A stretch of 64,000 nt of DNA from Escherichia phage myPSH1131, in the sequence record MG983840.1, one strand, 5' to 3'. A model generated the notes under the pieces. It did not search any database and was not told where the DNA came from. It saw only the letters and a list, made by a program, of their open reading frames with translations. The position numbers and the translations under genes were made by a program. Shown piece by piece: positions 22,795-33,809 of this stretch (positions are counted from its first letter, which is position 1; every line of letters begins with the position of its first letter).

Positions 22795-23504
22795 TCAGCG
22801 TCCATAGTCGAACAGGTCTTCCGGAGTCTGACCAACAAAGAGCAGCCGAGCATTCTCAAGCATCTTCTCTTCATCTTCAGTATCGAACTTCTTATAATAT
22901 TCCATTCGTACTATATGATACATGGTCCACTTATCTGTAACATCAGCTAGTAATTTAGCTGCTGCCTTCTTCCCTATACCTTGACGTCGAAGCTGAAGTT
23001 TACCACCCCACATAACCTCTTTACGTTCCCCACATCCGTAAAGTTAGATTGTTCAAGCGAAGATTAGAATCTTTCTTTAACATCTCATTATATTACTACA
23101 GGTTCTTTAAATTCAGCTAGTGCATCATCAGCCTCTCTCCCAAATACATCTATGTATTCATATTTACCTTTAATATAATCACCAACATTTTGCCAGTGAA
23201 AAGGTCTCTCTCCGGGAGGTCTATTTGCTTTATAGTCTTGCTGCTTAGCAACATCAAAACGGAAGTTACCACCTTCGCTGAAGTAGAACACAACCTTGCT
23301 GCAACCTGAGCGAGCAATGATTGTATCTATCTTGTACTGAAGTCGTTCAATCATGAAATTGTAATCAACTGGAACACGTCCTGTGTCAAGAAAGGGATGC
23401 TCCTGAGTAAGAGCACCCACTTCATATCGAAGAACGTCAGCATCCACTATAGCAACTTCAGGGAGCTTAACTTCTTCCATAAATATCATCCTGAGCTTGT
23501 GCAA
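22795..23504 (-). pseudogene. fragments of third FEN exonuclease copy
   Basis: ORFs 23088..23504 (N-terminal part) and 22795..23013 (C-terminal part) match the FEN protein; catalytic middle absent. Confidence 0.5.
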
Positions 23505-24111
23505 TAATCCAATCTAGATCTGATACTGCTGATTCAATAGTTGAGTCATTAAACAGTAGATATGTTTTTCTCTGTTCGCCTTCAATATATGAGCGAGAGT
23601 CTCCATCAAAAGAGCAACCATCTCTAAGAACTTGGACAACTTGGACATGGAAATTCTTTTCTAGTTCTCGTACCTCTGCATCAAAACCTCCGTCAGTAAA
23701 CACGACAATATCATCCTGACCTAGCCCTTCTTGTTTGATGCTTTTTACAGCAAGATCCCCCATATGATTGTTGCCAAATATAGGTTTTAAGAAGTCTTCA
23801 CTTGTAGAAATCATCAAATCTCTTACAGACTTCCCTCCCCATTCTGGTCTAGGTTTTTCTTTCCATTCACGGTCTTCATAGCGTGCTAGAAAGTTTTCTA
23901 GAGGTATGCCTAGTGCAGCAGCAGCTACCTTGTACATTGGCTCCTTGAAGGATTTGGTTGAATAATTGTGATGGTATGAATGGGCATTAACCCAAGCATT
24001 GGCTATCGTATCTTTACCACAACCCGGAGGCCCATTAAGAATTACTACTAAAGGCTTATAGTGGGAATCTCCCACCATATTGGTCAGTGCTGGATTGCCT
24101 TGAGATTCCAT
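23467..24111 (-). pseudogene. N-terminally truncated third copy of P-loop kinase
   Basis: ORF starts at internal MESQGNPALT; upstream homology continues to about 24280 out of frame. Confidence 0.5.
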
Positions 24112-24561
24112 TTCTAATTGCTCCGTGTGGTCATGTGAGTAATCTACTGGAGAAGTTTTGTTACCAGTAACTTTAGGTAAAATCGCTCTAGTTGTTTCTA
24201 CGTACCTACCGCCATCAACATTGATTTGAAACTCTACAAGTTCATTCTGTAATTCATACCCTGATAAGTTGGATAGCTCCCTGTCTGCTGTATTTAACTA
24301 TTTACTTTAGCTTCAAGTGTTTCGAAATCCTTTAGACAAGAAGAACCCGAACAGTTCAATACTCAAGTCAAATCTAAACCATCAGTGTGAACCCAAATCA
24401 TTCTTCTTCCTCATATTCCCAATTTCTTTCATAATATCCAGAGTTATAGTTTAGGGCGCACTTCTCGGCCTCTTCTATGTCGTCGGTGTTTAGGATATTC
24501 ACCCACCCTCCAGCTTCATCAAAACCTTCTTCTTCCTCGTTAATCCATACACTATATTTCT

Positions 24562-24972
24562 TCATCGAATCACCAAAGGCTCTTCAGAGTACACAGGAGC
24601 GGCTATTTCTACAGGAGGTGCTGCCCTAAGGTCATTAAGTCTTACGCCCTTCAGCATACCGTCTAGGTGGTCCTTTTTGGGGATTCCAACAGGGAAGTCA
24701 TCAATCCAGATATCGACGAAGAAGCCTAACTGTCGACACACCTCATCCTTCTGCACACCATTACAAAAGATGACAGGGATTTGCAGGGTCTCTGCATCAT
24801 AGAGGATATCCACGTTATCATAACCATTAGGCTCTGAGAAACGGAAAGTCACGAATCTTACATCATGTCCATACCCTTTCATCAATCCTATCACATCTCT
24901 CCACAGTCGTCTGTCTGCTGTGTAAGTGTCATCATAATCTAAACCAATATTCATGTCAAACCCTTTAGACAA
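24562..24972 (-). CDS. hypothetical protein (136 aa)
   Basis: ORF with shortened paralog at 29977..30297. Confidence 0.4.
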   Translation of the reverse strand: MSKGFDMNIGLDYDDTYTADRRLWRDVIGLMKGYGHDVRFVTFRFSEPNGYDNVDILYDAETLQIPVIFCNGVQKDEVCRQLGFFVDIWIDDFPVGIPKKDHLDGMLKGVRLNDLRAAPPVEIAAPVYSEEPLVIR

Positions 24973-24993
24973 GAAAAGCCGCCCGAAGGCAGC
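24971..24993 (-). terminator. putative intrinsic terminator
   Basis: Minus-strand hairpin GCUGCC-UUCG-GGCGGC (one G-U pair) followed by UUUUCUU; copy at about 30300..30322. Confidence 0.45.
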
Positions 24994-25000
24994 TTCTTAT

Positions 25001-25177
25001 TTAACTGTTCACTTTAGCTTCAAGTGTTTCGTTTTCAATACTCAAGTCAATCACTACACCAGTAAGCTCAACGACTGCTTGGCGAAGGGCATCTTTACCC
25101 ATAGAGTGTACTTGAGATAAGAAGAAAGCTTTACCTTCTTCAGTGGATAGGGTTTCTTTTAATTCAGAAGCAGTCAT
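25001..25177 (-). CDS. small hypothetical protein (58 aa)
   Basis: Below track size cutoff; ATG 25177, stop 25001; repeated at about 30327..30503. Confidence 0.3.
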   Translation of the reverse strand: MTASELKETLSTEEGKAFFLSQVHSMGKDALRQAVVELTGVVIDLSIENETLEAKVNS

Positions 25178-25186
25178 TGATATTCC

Positions 25187-25381
25187 TTATGTTATGTTAT
25201 AAATTCGCATGATTGTACCACCGGTTAGTTCAATTTCGGCAATCTTCTCATCTCGTTCTAAATCTGTATACACTAGCACATTCTCAAATACACCTGTTGC
25301 GTCAGTATAAAGGATGTTATACTTCGGAGGTGGCTTACGGTAGATACCTTCCATCACTCTTTCTCCTCTCGTTCTTTCCAC
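25187..25381 (-). CDS. hypothetical protein (64 aa)
   Basis: ORF; paralog at 30512..30706 differs in the middle. Confidence 0.35.
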   Translation of the reverse strand: MERTRGERVMEGIYRKPPPKYNILYTDATGVFENVLVYTDLERDEKIAEIELTGGTIMRIYNIT

Positions 25382-25537
25382 AGTTCAGCAAGTTCTAAAT
25401 AAAACTCAGCTTCATCAGGACGTCCTTGTTCATTACAGATGGCGCTCTGACGATAACACCAATCCGATGGCATCTCTTCCACTTCAATCTCCTTGTTACG
25501 AACCAATCAATAAGAATAGTTCATTCATCTTATTTAT

Positions 25538-25729
25538 TCACTCTACCAATGCAGGTACTTCTATCCTTTTAACTGTGAATGACTTGTTTGGAAACTTTCG
25601 AACTAGCTCTGCTGCTTTGGTTATTGCTAAGTTCTCTGTCTCAAAGATACACAGTTGACCATTTAATGCTACGAGAGTGGAGCCACCACTGTAGATGGCC
25701 CAAGATTGATAATAACCACGAACACTCAT
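25538..25729 (-). CDS. hypothetical protein (63 aa)
   Basis: ORF; paralog at 30863..31057. Confidence 0.35.
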   Translation of the reverse strand: MSVRGYYQSWAIYSGGSTLVALNGQLCIFETENLAITKAAELVRKFPNKSFTVKRIEVPALVE

Positions 25730-25737
25730 AACTCACC

Positions 25738-27582
25738 TTAGTGCGTATGCATCCAGTTAAGTCCAATCTGACAATCAGAGGCCAGAGGACATTCCATATT
25801 CAAATACTCACCAGCCTTCTTAACACAAAGCTCGGTGTGCTCTTTGAGTTTCTGTACATCGTTACGATTAACTGAGAACTGGCCCTCGTCGTGCATATCA
25901 ATTACCTTAGCACAACGAACTCCATCCTTCTCAATCCACTTGTTAAGGAACATCATAGCGTATTTCATAACAACAGCACCAGCACATTGCAGGAGAGTGT
26001 TAAGTGCTTTATGAACCATAACTTTACCAGTGGCATCTCGTCTCATTGTAATCTTACGACCATCAACACCAATCAAGTATCCTTGAGCAGCTTTCTCTGT
26101 CATACGATCAATGAGGATTGCAATACATGGGTTCTCTGCCAAGAAACGTGCTCGCATCACTGAACCTTCGTCAGCCCCACCACCTACAATTGAGCCAAGC
26201 TTAGCGTCGCCAGCACCGTAGTTGAATGCATAGATAAACGTTTTAGCATTGTCACGAGTAGGAAGACCAGCAAGTTTCTGGTTGTGGGAGTGGATATCAC
26301 CTTCAAGGAGAATATCACGATACATAATAGCAGAAGCTAAACCACGTTCTGCCAGAGCTTTCTTAGCTGGGTTGTTCTCTTCGATTGCCTCAGCAAGCAT
26401 ATCCCTACACTCTTTAATGAGGTAGTGAGCTAGCATACGAAGTTCAAGTCCAGAACCATCATACCCTAAGAATACTTCTTTGCCAGCGGGTATGTAATAT
26501 TTGTAAGCACCTATAGGTTTGTCTTTCTTCCCCGGCTTACCTTTCTCGTAAATTACGTTAGTACCTTTTCGTATATAACAACCATCAGGAACAACGTTAG
26601 TAATAACGAAAGGATGAGAATGATCACTGTCTGAGTTATAGTCAGACTCAAACAAACTGCGGCACTCGTGACCAAACAAACCACGGGAGGGAATATTAAC
26701 CACGATACGATGTTTGAATCGAAAAGTCGGCGTAGCGCAGCTGTTAGCTTCTGCCGAAAGTTTACCATCTTCGCGCTCCTTTGCTATGAGTCCACTGATA
26801 AGACCTAGCCTGTGAGCCGCTACAACGCGTCTCTTAAGCAAACTTCCGACACTCCCTAGCTCACCCCCTAACCCTTCTTCAAGGGTCTCCTCGAGGTTTG
26901 TAGGAGCTGTAGGCCACTTGTTTGATGTGGCTAGTGCTTTCTTAATCTCATCAAACGTTACAGGATTACGGCGATTAGGGTTTAATCCCAAACCAAATAC
27001 GTAAGCCTTCATATAATTCTTAGTTTTAAACCTGAAATGCTTTTCTAAGAACTTCTTAATATCAGCGTCAACCATCTCGGCTGTCTGCTTCTGCTTAGCA
27101 TTGCCTCGCATCCAAGCAGTATACCATGCTTGGTACGTTCCATACTTTCTCATATCTTTCTTGATTTCGAAAGTATTCCAAGGCTTCTTAGATACGTTAA
27201 ACTCTGGAGGAAGAAATCCCTCATCCATAAGAGCTTCTTTAACTCGTGCATCTTTCGATGGGTCAAAGTCTACGTATTCGACACAGGTGAAAGCTCCACC
27301 AATGTCTTCCCTCTTCAGCCCAACCCTATCACAATAGGCTTGAGGCCACTTCTGTAAAGCTCCAGACTTCTTAAACGGCTTCATATAAGTAGAGCCATCT
27401 AATCTCATCTTAGGTAAGAGAGGAATCAGTTCTTTGTCAATATTAACAATAATCTCTTTAAGGAGGTGAACATACCACCGAGCATTTCTTCGGTTGAAAC
27501 TCACTCCGTGCTTTGCTTGCTTAGAGATTATATCAGCGACAGTCATCTCTGTCAAAAATGGAAGAGCGTCCGGGTTGCTCAC
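25738..27582 (-). CDS. DNA polymerase, family A polymerase domain
   Basis: Motif A YDGSGLELRMLAHY, motif B RDNAKTFIYAFNYGAG, motif C VIDMHDEGQF; no 3'-5' exonuclease motifs in this ORF. Confidence 0.85.
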   Translation of the reverse strand: MSNPDALPFLTEMTVADIISKQAKHGVSFNRRNARWYVHLLKEIIVNIDKELIPLLPKMRLDGSTYMKPFKKSGALQKWPQAYCDRVGLKREDIGGAFTCVEYVDFDPSKDARVKEALMDEGFLPPEFNVSKKPWNTFEIKKDMRKYGTYQAWYTAWMRGNAKQKQTAEMVDADIKKFLEKHFRFKTKNYMKAYVFGLGLNPNRRNPVTFDEIKKALATSNKWPTAPTNLEETLEEGLGGELGSVGSLLKRRVVAAHRLGLISGLIAKEREDGKLSAEANSCATPTFRFKHRIVVNIPSRGLFGHECRSLFESDYNSDSDHSHPFVITNVVPDGCYIRKGTNVIYEKGKPGKKDKPIGAYKYYIPAGKEVFLGYDGSGLELRMLAHYLIKECRDMLAEAIEENNPAKKALAERGLASAIMYRDILLEGDIHSHNQKLAGLPTRDNAKTFIYAFNYGAGDAKLGSIVGGGADEGSVMRARFLAENPCIAILIDRMTEKAAQGYLIGVDGRKITMRRDATGKVMVHKALNTLLQCAGAVVMKYAMMFLNKWIEKDGVRCAKVIDMHDEGQFSVNRNDVQKLKEHTELCVKKAGEYLNMECPLASDCQIGLNWMHTH

Positions 27583-27598
27583 TTTATACTCCTTTAAA

Positions 27599-28021
27599 TT
27601 ATTGGTAAAGTAAATCTGTAAATGCTTGGTTATCTTCTACTACATTCAGCATGGTTGCTTCATCACTATAAGCCCTAACTGTCCCGTTGACAACTGTCCA
27701 AGGAGGGGGCGGAGGTGGTGTATGTGTAGCTCTGGCTTCACGAGGTTGTTCTCGTACCAGATGAGCCACAACCCTCTGATTAGCAACTTCTTCTCTTTCT
27801 CTAATAGCTCTCTGAATGTAGGCCAGCTTCATACCCCAAGCTTCTTCAAACTCTTGAGGGTGTTTATCACTGATAACCACATACTGACGTTCAGGAATAC
27901 CAGAGCGAATCTCTGATAATAATTCATGGAACAAATCTAGTTCATGTTCAGTGAGATTCATTTCGATATCATCCCACTTGAGAACTAAGAAACGGTTTTG
28001 GTGTCTAGCTGGTAATGGCAT
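27599..28021 (-). CDS. hypothetical protein (140 aa) with poly-Pro tract
   Basis: ORF directly upstream of the polymerase gene; no recognisable motifs. Confidence 0.35.
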   Translation of the reverse strand: MPLPARHQNRFLVLKWDDIEMNLTEHELDLFHELLSEIRSGIPERQYVVISDKHPQEFEEAWGMKLAYIQRAIREREEVANQRVVAHLVREQPREARATHTPPPPPPWTVVNGTVRAYSDEATMLNVVEDNQAFTDLLYQ

Positions 28022-28184
28022 CCTACTCCACCTCTACTTCAATGTAAGTTCTCTCACCGACGTCATCTTTTAAGACCCATGACTTGGCATCTTCTTCAGA
28101 CTTAAAAGCTTTCACAACGCTGTAACCACCTTCCCATTCATCACCGAACCAGCGCTGTCCTACGTAAATGTATTCTTTCATTAC

Positions 28185-28469
28185 TCAACCTTTTGGGAAT
28201 GGCATCAAAAATTCCATAGCAGATTTAATCTCATTATTGATTCGTGAATCACGATAAGAGATAAACTTACCTTTGCTATCACGTAACATCACATGGGTTC
28301 TGGCTGTTTTGTGAGGGAGCAATGTGATACTAGTTGGAATAGCATCAATCCCTACAGCGTATTTGTCAATAGTCTTACTTTCAGCCAACAGATAAGACCA
28401 AGTACGCGGTTTCTGCTCCGGGCGGTTAGGGTATGTGTCCCGAATTTGAACCATAGCTAACTTATTCAT
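28185..28469 (-). CDS. hypothetical protein, member of tandem paralog pair
   Basis: Shares ARTxVxLR...GKFISY...PFPKG pattern with neighbouring ORF. Confidence 0.4.
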   Translation of the reverse strand: MNKLAMVQIRDTYPNRPEQKPRTWSYLLAESKTIDKYAVGIDAIPTSITLLPHKTARTHVMLRDSKGKFISYRDSRINNEIKSAMEFLMPFPKG

Positions 28470-28470
28470 A

Positions 28471-28725
28471 TTAAACTCCTTTAGGGAATGGGATGAGATT
28501 TTCTACTGCAACACGGAAAGATTTTTCTACGTTCTTATTCTTATAAGAGATAAATTTTCCATCAGCTCCTCGAAGGAGTACGTTAGTGCGAGCTGTATTT
28601 GGGTTTTGTTGAATCATAGAACGAATGATGTTCTCTGAACCTCTATGCTTATTGGTGAATTTCCAACTGATAGTTTTACCGGTACGAGTTACATCAATGA
28701 TATTTACGATTTTTACAATAGACAT
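28471..28725 (-). CDS. hypothetical protein, member of tandem paralog pair
   Basis: Paralog of 28185..28469; C-terminus LIPFPKGV. Confidence 0.4.
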   Translation of the reverse strand: MSIVKIVNIIDVTRTGKTISWKFTNKHRGSENIIRSMIQQNPNTARTNVLLRGADGKFISYKNKNVEKSFRVAVENLIPFPKGV

Positions 28726-28794
28726 ATTTATTACCTAAGAAGTTTAATTTGGTTTATATAAAAGAAAAGGCCACCTGATTAGGCAGCCTTTGTT

Positions 28795-29088
28795 CTAGAG
28801 ACGAAGCCAAGTTTGATAGTCAGCTTCAGTGTAATGGTTGTTTCGAGAGTTGTTTTTCATTTCCTTGAGAGTAGCTCTCAGGTCAATGTTATGCTCTCTC
28901 CTTGTTCTATTCGGGTCTGTATCTTCTAATAGATGGGAGTGATCACTACAAGAGTAGTGCTTATAGTGGTCCCTGTATCCTCTACTTGGAGAATACTTGG
29001 TCATTAAAGTTGCAACTCTTTTTACACCCTCTGCTTTACAGAATTTACAATAAGTGTGAATTGTACATCTTTTTGTTTCTGCTGACAC
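28795..29088 (-). CDS. Cys/His-rich hypothetical protein
   Basis: CTIHTYCKFC...HYKHYSCSDHSH suggests metal binding. Confidence 0.3.
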   Translation of the reverse strand: MSAETKRCTIHTYCKFCKAEGVKRVATLMTKYSPSRGYRDHYKHYSCSDHSHLLEDTDPNRTRREHNIDLRATLKEMKNNSRNNHYTEADYQTWLRL

Positions 29089-29098
29089 TATAACCTCT

Positions 29099-29413
29099 TT
29101 ATGAGCTTAAAGCTCCTTTGCGTGCTCCAGCTGCTTTTCCAGCTCGATCACCACTTTTGCCGCCGTTTGAACGGTTTGAGCTGACTGATTCAACACGTAA
29201 GTTGCTTGACGCATTAGAGCCTCCAGACTTGACAGCTCGTTTGTGTCCAACGTCTTTACCTCTGACAGCAGCTTTTCCATCGCGCTTTTCAACGATGCGA
29301 CGTGCACGGTGGCGCTGAGCATCTCCGCTCTTGCTCCCAATTCCCGTTTCACCGCGCTTGATCGCAGTCCTTCTTTCTTGTGCATAATCTCTCTTTCCTA
29401 CATGATCTGCCAT
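29099..29413 (-). CDS. basic G/S/K/R-rich hypothetical protein in a GC-enriched patch
   Basis: Locally GC-rich by eye; ORFs open in three frames so the frame assignment is uncertain. Confidence 0.25.
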   Translation of the reverse strand: MADHVGKRDYAQERRTAIKRGETGIGSKSGDAQRHRARRIVEKRDGKAAVRGKDVGHKRAVKSGGSNASSNLRVESVSSNRSNGGKSGDRAGKAAGARKGALSS

Positions 29414-29579
29414 TTAAAACTCCTTAATATATCAGTGTACACTAAGGAGTATACATTATAAGTTACTGTTAAGCTTTCTTTTCCATTGCTTTAACAATCG
29501 CCTTACAGAACCAGAACGAACAATGTCATCCGATTCTCCGTCTACAATCGCTTTCTTTCCAATTCTATAAGTGTGAACC

Positions 29580-31060
29580 CAAATCATTCTTCTTCCTCAT
29601 ATTCCCAATTTCTTTCATAATATCCAGAGTTGTAGTTTAGGGCGCATTTCTCGGCCTCTTCTATGTCGTCTGTGTTTAGGATATTTACCCATCCTCCGAC
29701 TTCATCAAAACCTTCTTCTACTTCGTTAAACCATACACTATACTTTTTCATCGAGAGGTTCTTCCCCAATCTTTTACATAGCATCGACCGTTAACCCACT
29801 TTGTCTCTGACTTAAACTCTTGAGACAACCTCACTTCACAGTCTTCTCTACTGGCATCTCCTCCGATATCAATCAGATACAGGAATAGAGCTATACCTAA
29901 AGCCCAAAGAATTATCTTCTTCATCGAATCACCAAAGGAGCAATTCCGCATTCTCTAAAAGTGGCAGGCATATAATCTACATCACCTTCAGATGATGTAT
30001 GACCAGCTCTCTTCGAGGAAGCATTCTAATCCAGATATCGACGAAGAAACCTAACTGTCGACACACCTCATCCTTCTGGACACCATTACAAAAGATGATA
30101 GGAATCTGCAAACACTCTGCATCAATCTTAATGTCATGATTATCGTACCCATTAGGCTCTGCAAAGCGATAAGTTACAAAGCGTACATCATAGCCCTTTT
30201 CTTGCATTAATGCCACTACAGAGCGCCACAGCTTTTTATCTGAGGTGTAAGTGTCATCATAATCTAAACCAATATTCATGTCAAATCCTTTAGACAAGAA
30301 AAGCCGCCCTAAGGCAGCTTCTTATTTAACTGTTCACTTTAGCTTCAAGTGTTTCGTTTTCAATACTCAAGTCAATCACTACACCAGTAAGCTCAACGAC
30401 TGCTTGGCGAAGGGCATCTTTACCCATAGAGTGTACTTGAGATAAGAAGAAAGCTTTACCTTCTTCAGTGGATAGGGTTTCTTTTAATTCAGAAGCAGTC
30501 ATTGATATTCCTTATGTTATGTTATAAATTCGCATGATTGTACCACCATTGGCTTCAATAGCAGCAACCATTTGGTTTCGTTCTTCATCCGTGTAAACTA
30601 ACACACTTCTAAACTCGCCTGTTGCATCAGTATAAAGGATGTTATATTTTGGAGGCGGTTTACGGTAAATACCTTCCATCACTCTTTCTCCTCTCGTTCT
30701 TTCCACAGTTCGGCTAGCTCTAGATAGAACTCAGCCTCATCAGGACGACCTTGTTCATTACAGATGGCGCTCTGACGATAACACCAGTCCGATGGCATCT
30801 CTTCCACTTCAATCTCCTTGTTACGAACCAATCAATAAGAATAGTTCATTCGTCTTATTTATTCACTCTACCAATGCAGGTACTTCCATCCTTTTAACTG
30901 TGAATGTCTTGTTTGGAAACTTTCGAACTAGTTCTGCTGCTTTGGTTATTGCTAAGTTTTCTGTCTCAAAGATACACAGTTGACCATTTAATGCTACGAG
31001 AGTGGAGCCACCGCTGAAGACGGCCCAAGATTCATAATAACCACGAACACTCATCACTCA
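29580..31060 (-). repeat. diverged segmental duplicate of the 24.3-25.7 kb gene block
   Basis: Same order of small genes and terminator as 24300..25735 with substitutions and a deletion in the 136-aa gene. Confidence 0.65.
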
Positions 31061-31422
31061 ACCTCAATATTATATAGAGTTTTCAGTGTATCTTTAATCC
31101 AAGTAATTCGTTTTTGGTTCTTGTGGTGTGATCTGTTATCTCTATCTCTGAAATATTGGTCACAGCCAAAAGGGTATGTATGGTCCGAGAATTTATCTTG
31201 GTTAAACATGTTCTTCATGTCATCCACGTCTAGATGTTTTGTGAAATAATAATACTTCTTATAACAGCGGAAGTTGAAGCATAGTCCGTGATCTTCGTTA
31301 AACCAAGGAGGACACTCTTCTGTTTGAGTTATATGATAATACTGGAGGAGGAAATCTTCCATCCCTCTCTCCTTGAATAAACACCTAAGTGTTCTATAGA
31401 TTATATTAGTTTCTTTCATCAC
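31054..31422 (-). CDS. Cys-rich hypothetical protein (122 aa)
   Basis: ORF unique to the second copy of the block. Confidence 0.35.
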   Translation of the reverse strand: MMKETNIIYRTLRCLFKERGMEDFLLQYYHITQTEECPPWFNEDHGLCFNFRCYKKYYYFTKHLDVDDMKNMFNQDKFSDHTYPFGCDQYFRDRDNRSHHKNQKRITWIKDTLKTLYNIEVE

Positions 31423-31427
31423 TCACC

Positions 31428-31793
31428 TTAGTGTGTGTGCATCCAGTTAAGTCCAATCTGACAATCAGAAGCCAGAGGGCATTCCATATTCAAATACTCA
31501 CCAGCCTTCTTAACACAAAGCTCGGTGTGCTCTTTGAGTTTCTGTACATCATTACGGTTCACTGAGAATTGACCTTCATCGTGCATATCAATTACCTTAG
31601 CACAACGAACCTTATCTTTCTCAATCCATTTGTTAAGTAACATCATAGCATATTTCATAACAACAGCACCAGCACATTGCAGGAGTGTGTTAAGGGCTTT
31701 ATGAACCATAACTTTACCAGTGGCATCTCGTCTCATTGTAATCTTACGACCATCAACACCAATCAAGTATCCCTGAGCAGCCTTTTCTGTCAT
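31428..31793 (-). pseudogene. C-terminal fragment of family A DNA polymerase (second copy)
   Basis: 121 aa matching the last ~120 aa of the 25738..27582 protein including HDEGQF; homology stops abruptly upstream. Confidence 0.6.
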
Positions 31794-31875
31794 ACGATCA
31801 ATGAGGGGTAATTACGATGCAGTGAACGCCCCATTTCAGGGTCATCACGCCTAGTGGAACCTGAAGAACCTGAAG

Positions 31876-32403
31876 TTATCCCTGAAGAACCTTCAACAGA
31901 TATCCCGTGTTCTGGAACTCATCAACAATAACAATAGCATCATTGAAAGAACGACCACGGAGATATTCCAGAGGTACAAACTCAATGTTACCATTTCCGA
32001 TTTGGCATTCATAGAATCCCTTACCATATCGCTGAGTAATAACATCAATGATAGGCATCAGGTAAGGTTCAAACTTCTCACGCATTCCTCCCGGAAGTAA
32101 CCCAAGAGAGTTGCCCATGCCGACAGAAGGGCGACTCAGAATGATCTTCTGAATCTTACCGCTCTTCAGTGCATCAATAACTGTGGAAGTGATTACAAAG
32201 GTCTTACCACAGCCCGCAGGAGCGTCTGTGAACACAACTTGTTTAGTCTTAATAGCATTGAGTAGCTCAGACTGAAACTGGTTCTGAGGGACTACAGGCT
32301 TTGCTAAAACCACCTCTTCATACTCTCGCTTACCTTTACGAGTAACAAGTGCTTCCCGACGAAGGTCTTTCCGTGATTCTTTCCGTGATTGACGACGACT
32401 CAT
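31876..32403 (-). CDS. phoH: PhoH-like ATPase, apparently C-terminally truncated
   Basis: Walker A DAPAGCGKT and Walker B IVIVDEFQN; ORF ends shortly after Walker B, short of a typical PhoH. Confidence 0.6.
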   Translation of the reverse strand: MSRRQSRKESRKDLRREALVTRKGKREYEEVVLAKPVVPQNQFQSELLNAIKTKQVVFTDAPAGCGKTFVITSTVIDALKSGKIQKIILSRPSVGMGNSLGLLPGGMREKFEPYLMPIIDVITQRYGKGFYECQIGNGNIEFVPLEYLRGRSFNDAIVIVDEFQNTGYLLKVLQG

Positions 32404-32585
32404 TTACGCTCTCCAATTTCTTCGTAATGACACTCAGTAGTTAAGCAGTCTTTACAGATTGCTGTATAAACCCTGACGTTAGTAAATCGTTTGTTCTTCC
32501 CTTTGGTTGGAGAGCCTTTGGCAAGCTCTCTGATAACCTTGTTACTTAAATGAAGGTTTGTTCCTTCACATTTAGAGCACTTCAT
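32400..32585 (-). CDS. zinc-ribbon protein (61 aa)
   Basis: CSKC ... CKDC spacing typical of a zinc ribbon. Confidence 0.35.
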   Translation of the reverse strand: MKCSKCEGTNLHLSNKVIRELAKGSPTKGKNKRFTNVRVYTAICKDCLTTECHYEEIGERK

Positions 32586-32901
32586 GGTTCATATCTTTAT
32601 GAATCCTGTAAACAGCTGTCGCCATACAAGCAACAGCCTCGTTGTGTGGGAGGTGCATCCCTGTAGAACCATCCCAATCTTTGAACTCATTGTCAAAGAC
32701 TCCGGTAGGCTCTGGATATAGAGCTTGCAGCTCCACTAGATCATTAGCAACTTGTTGCCATTTATCATCAGACCAGATAGGGTCATCCAACCAGTAATAC
32801 AAATAGGAATGGATGATCAATTGCCTTCTATGCCGATTGATTACTTCAGCGGGACTTATCTCACTTCCATTTGAAGTCCTAAATGTATTACTGTCAATCA
32901 T
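32572..32901 (-). CDS. hypothetical protein (109 aa)
   Basis: ORF; no confident motif. Confidence 0.35.
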   Translation of the reverse strand: MIDSNTFRTSNGSEISPAEVINRHRRQLIIHSYLYYWLDDPIWSDDKWQQVANDLVELQALYPEPTGVFDNEFKDWDGSTGMHLPHNEAVACMATAVYRIHKDMNHEVL

Positions 32902-33152
32902 TTCACAACCTTAAATTTGAATGTTGTTGGGTGATAATAATGCAACCTATTGATAGTGTGCTTTGTTTCGAGATATATCCTGCAAGAGTGGCACATGACA
33001 TGGGTCAGACCAGTTACAGGGTTAGGTTTGAAGTTGGCGACAGGCTTCTCTTTCTTACAGAAGCTACAGACTTTCTTTTCCATCTTTTCTCCAGTGGTCA
33101 ACGAATTGCTGAAACACCTTATGGTCGAATGTGAAACCACGAGCAATCCCAC
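32898..33152 (-). CDS. zinc-finger-like small protein
   Basis: CSFC ... CHSC pairs; true start possibly internal Met at 33083. Confidence 0.3.
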   Translation of the reverse strand: MGLLVVSHSTIRCFSNSLTTGEKMEKKVCSFCKKEKPVANFKPNPVTGLTHVMCHSCRIYLETKHTINRLHYYHPTTFKFKVVK

Positions 33153-33313
33153 ACTCTACGAAAGTAGAAGGCATATAGTCTACATCATCTTTAGACGTAT
33201 GACCATAAACTTGAATAAGCTTTTTAATCTTATCCTTCTCTCTTCGAGGAAGCATCCTAAATGCCTCCTGAATATCTGTAATATGTTTGATTTTCATCAG
33301 AAAGCCTCTGATA

Positions 33314-33715
33314 TTAACTCTCCAAAGTTTTCTTCAGAGCTGCCCATGAGATTGGGTAGAGCTTAGCCATCTCTTCATCTACGGATTTAGCAAACACTCG
33401 AACTTCATATTGAGCGTGAGATGAGAGTCGCTGACGACACAACTCAAACCAGCCATACAAAGAACCAGTCCACACCCACTCAGTGATCATCCCCTGAGGA
33501 AGAACAAATCGAGCTTGCTCTGGTGCAATAAATTCAATCAACTTGTCATATGTTGCTAGAGAAGCTTCATATGCATCGTTAATCAACATTAATGCTTCAG
33601 CTCGTTCTCCGTCGATGAGTTGAATCCCTGAACCTGCATGGAGGTCCGAAGGTCTCGCAAAAATCTCTTTAGGGATGAAGACTTCAACTGCTCCATCTTT
33701 ATACCGCCGGGACAT
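33314..33715 (-). pseudogene. ThyX-like (flavin-dependent thymidylate synthase) remnant
   Basis: Upstream in-frame SWNEMSRRY resembles ThyX RHR...S..E.S.RY signature but RHR is replaced; ARFVLPQGMITEW...LRVRAGMRVGQ fits ThyX C-terminal region; N-terminal part absent (in-frame stop at 33800). Confidence 0.4.
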
Positions 33716-33809
33716 TTCGTTCCACGAGAATCCAACCTGATGCTTGCCCAGCTGTCTCGCAATTGCGATAGGTGCTTTGCATCGGAAACTGACTTGTATC
33801 TACTACCAA

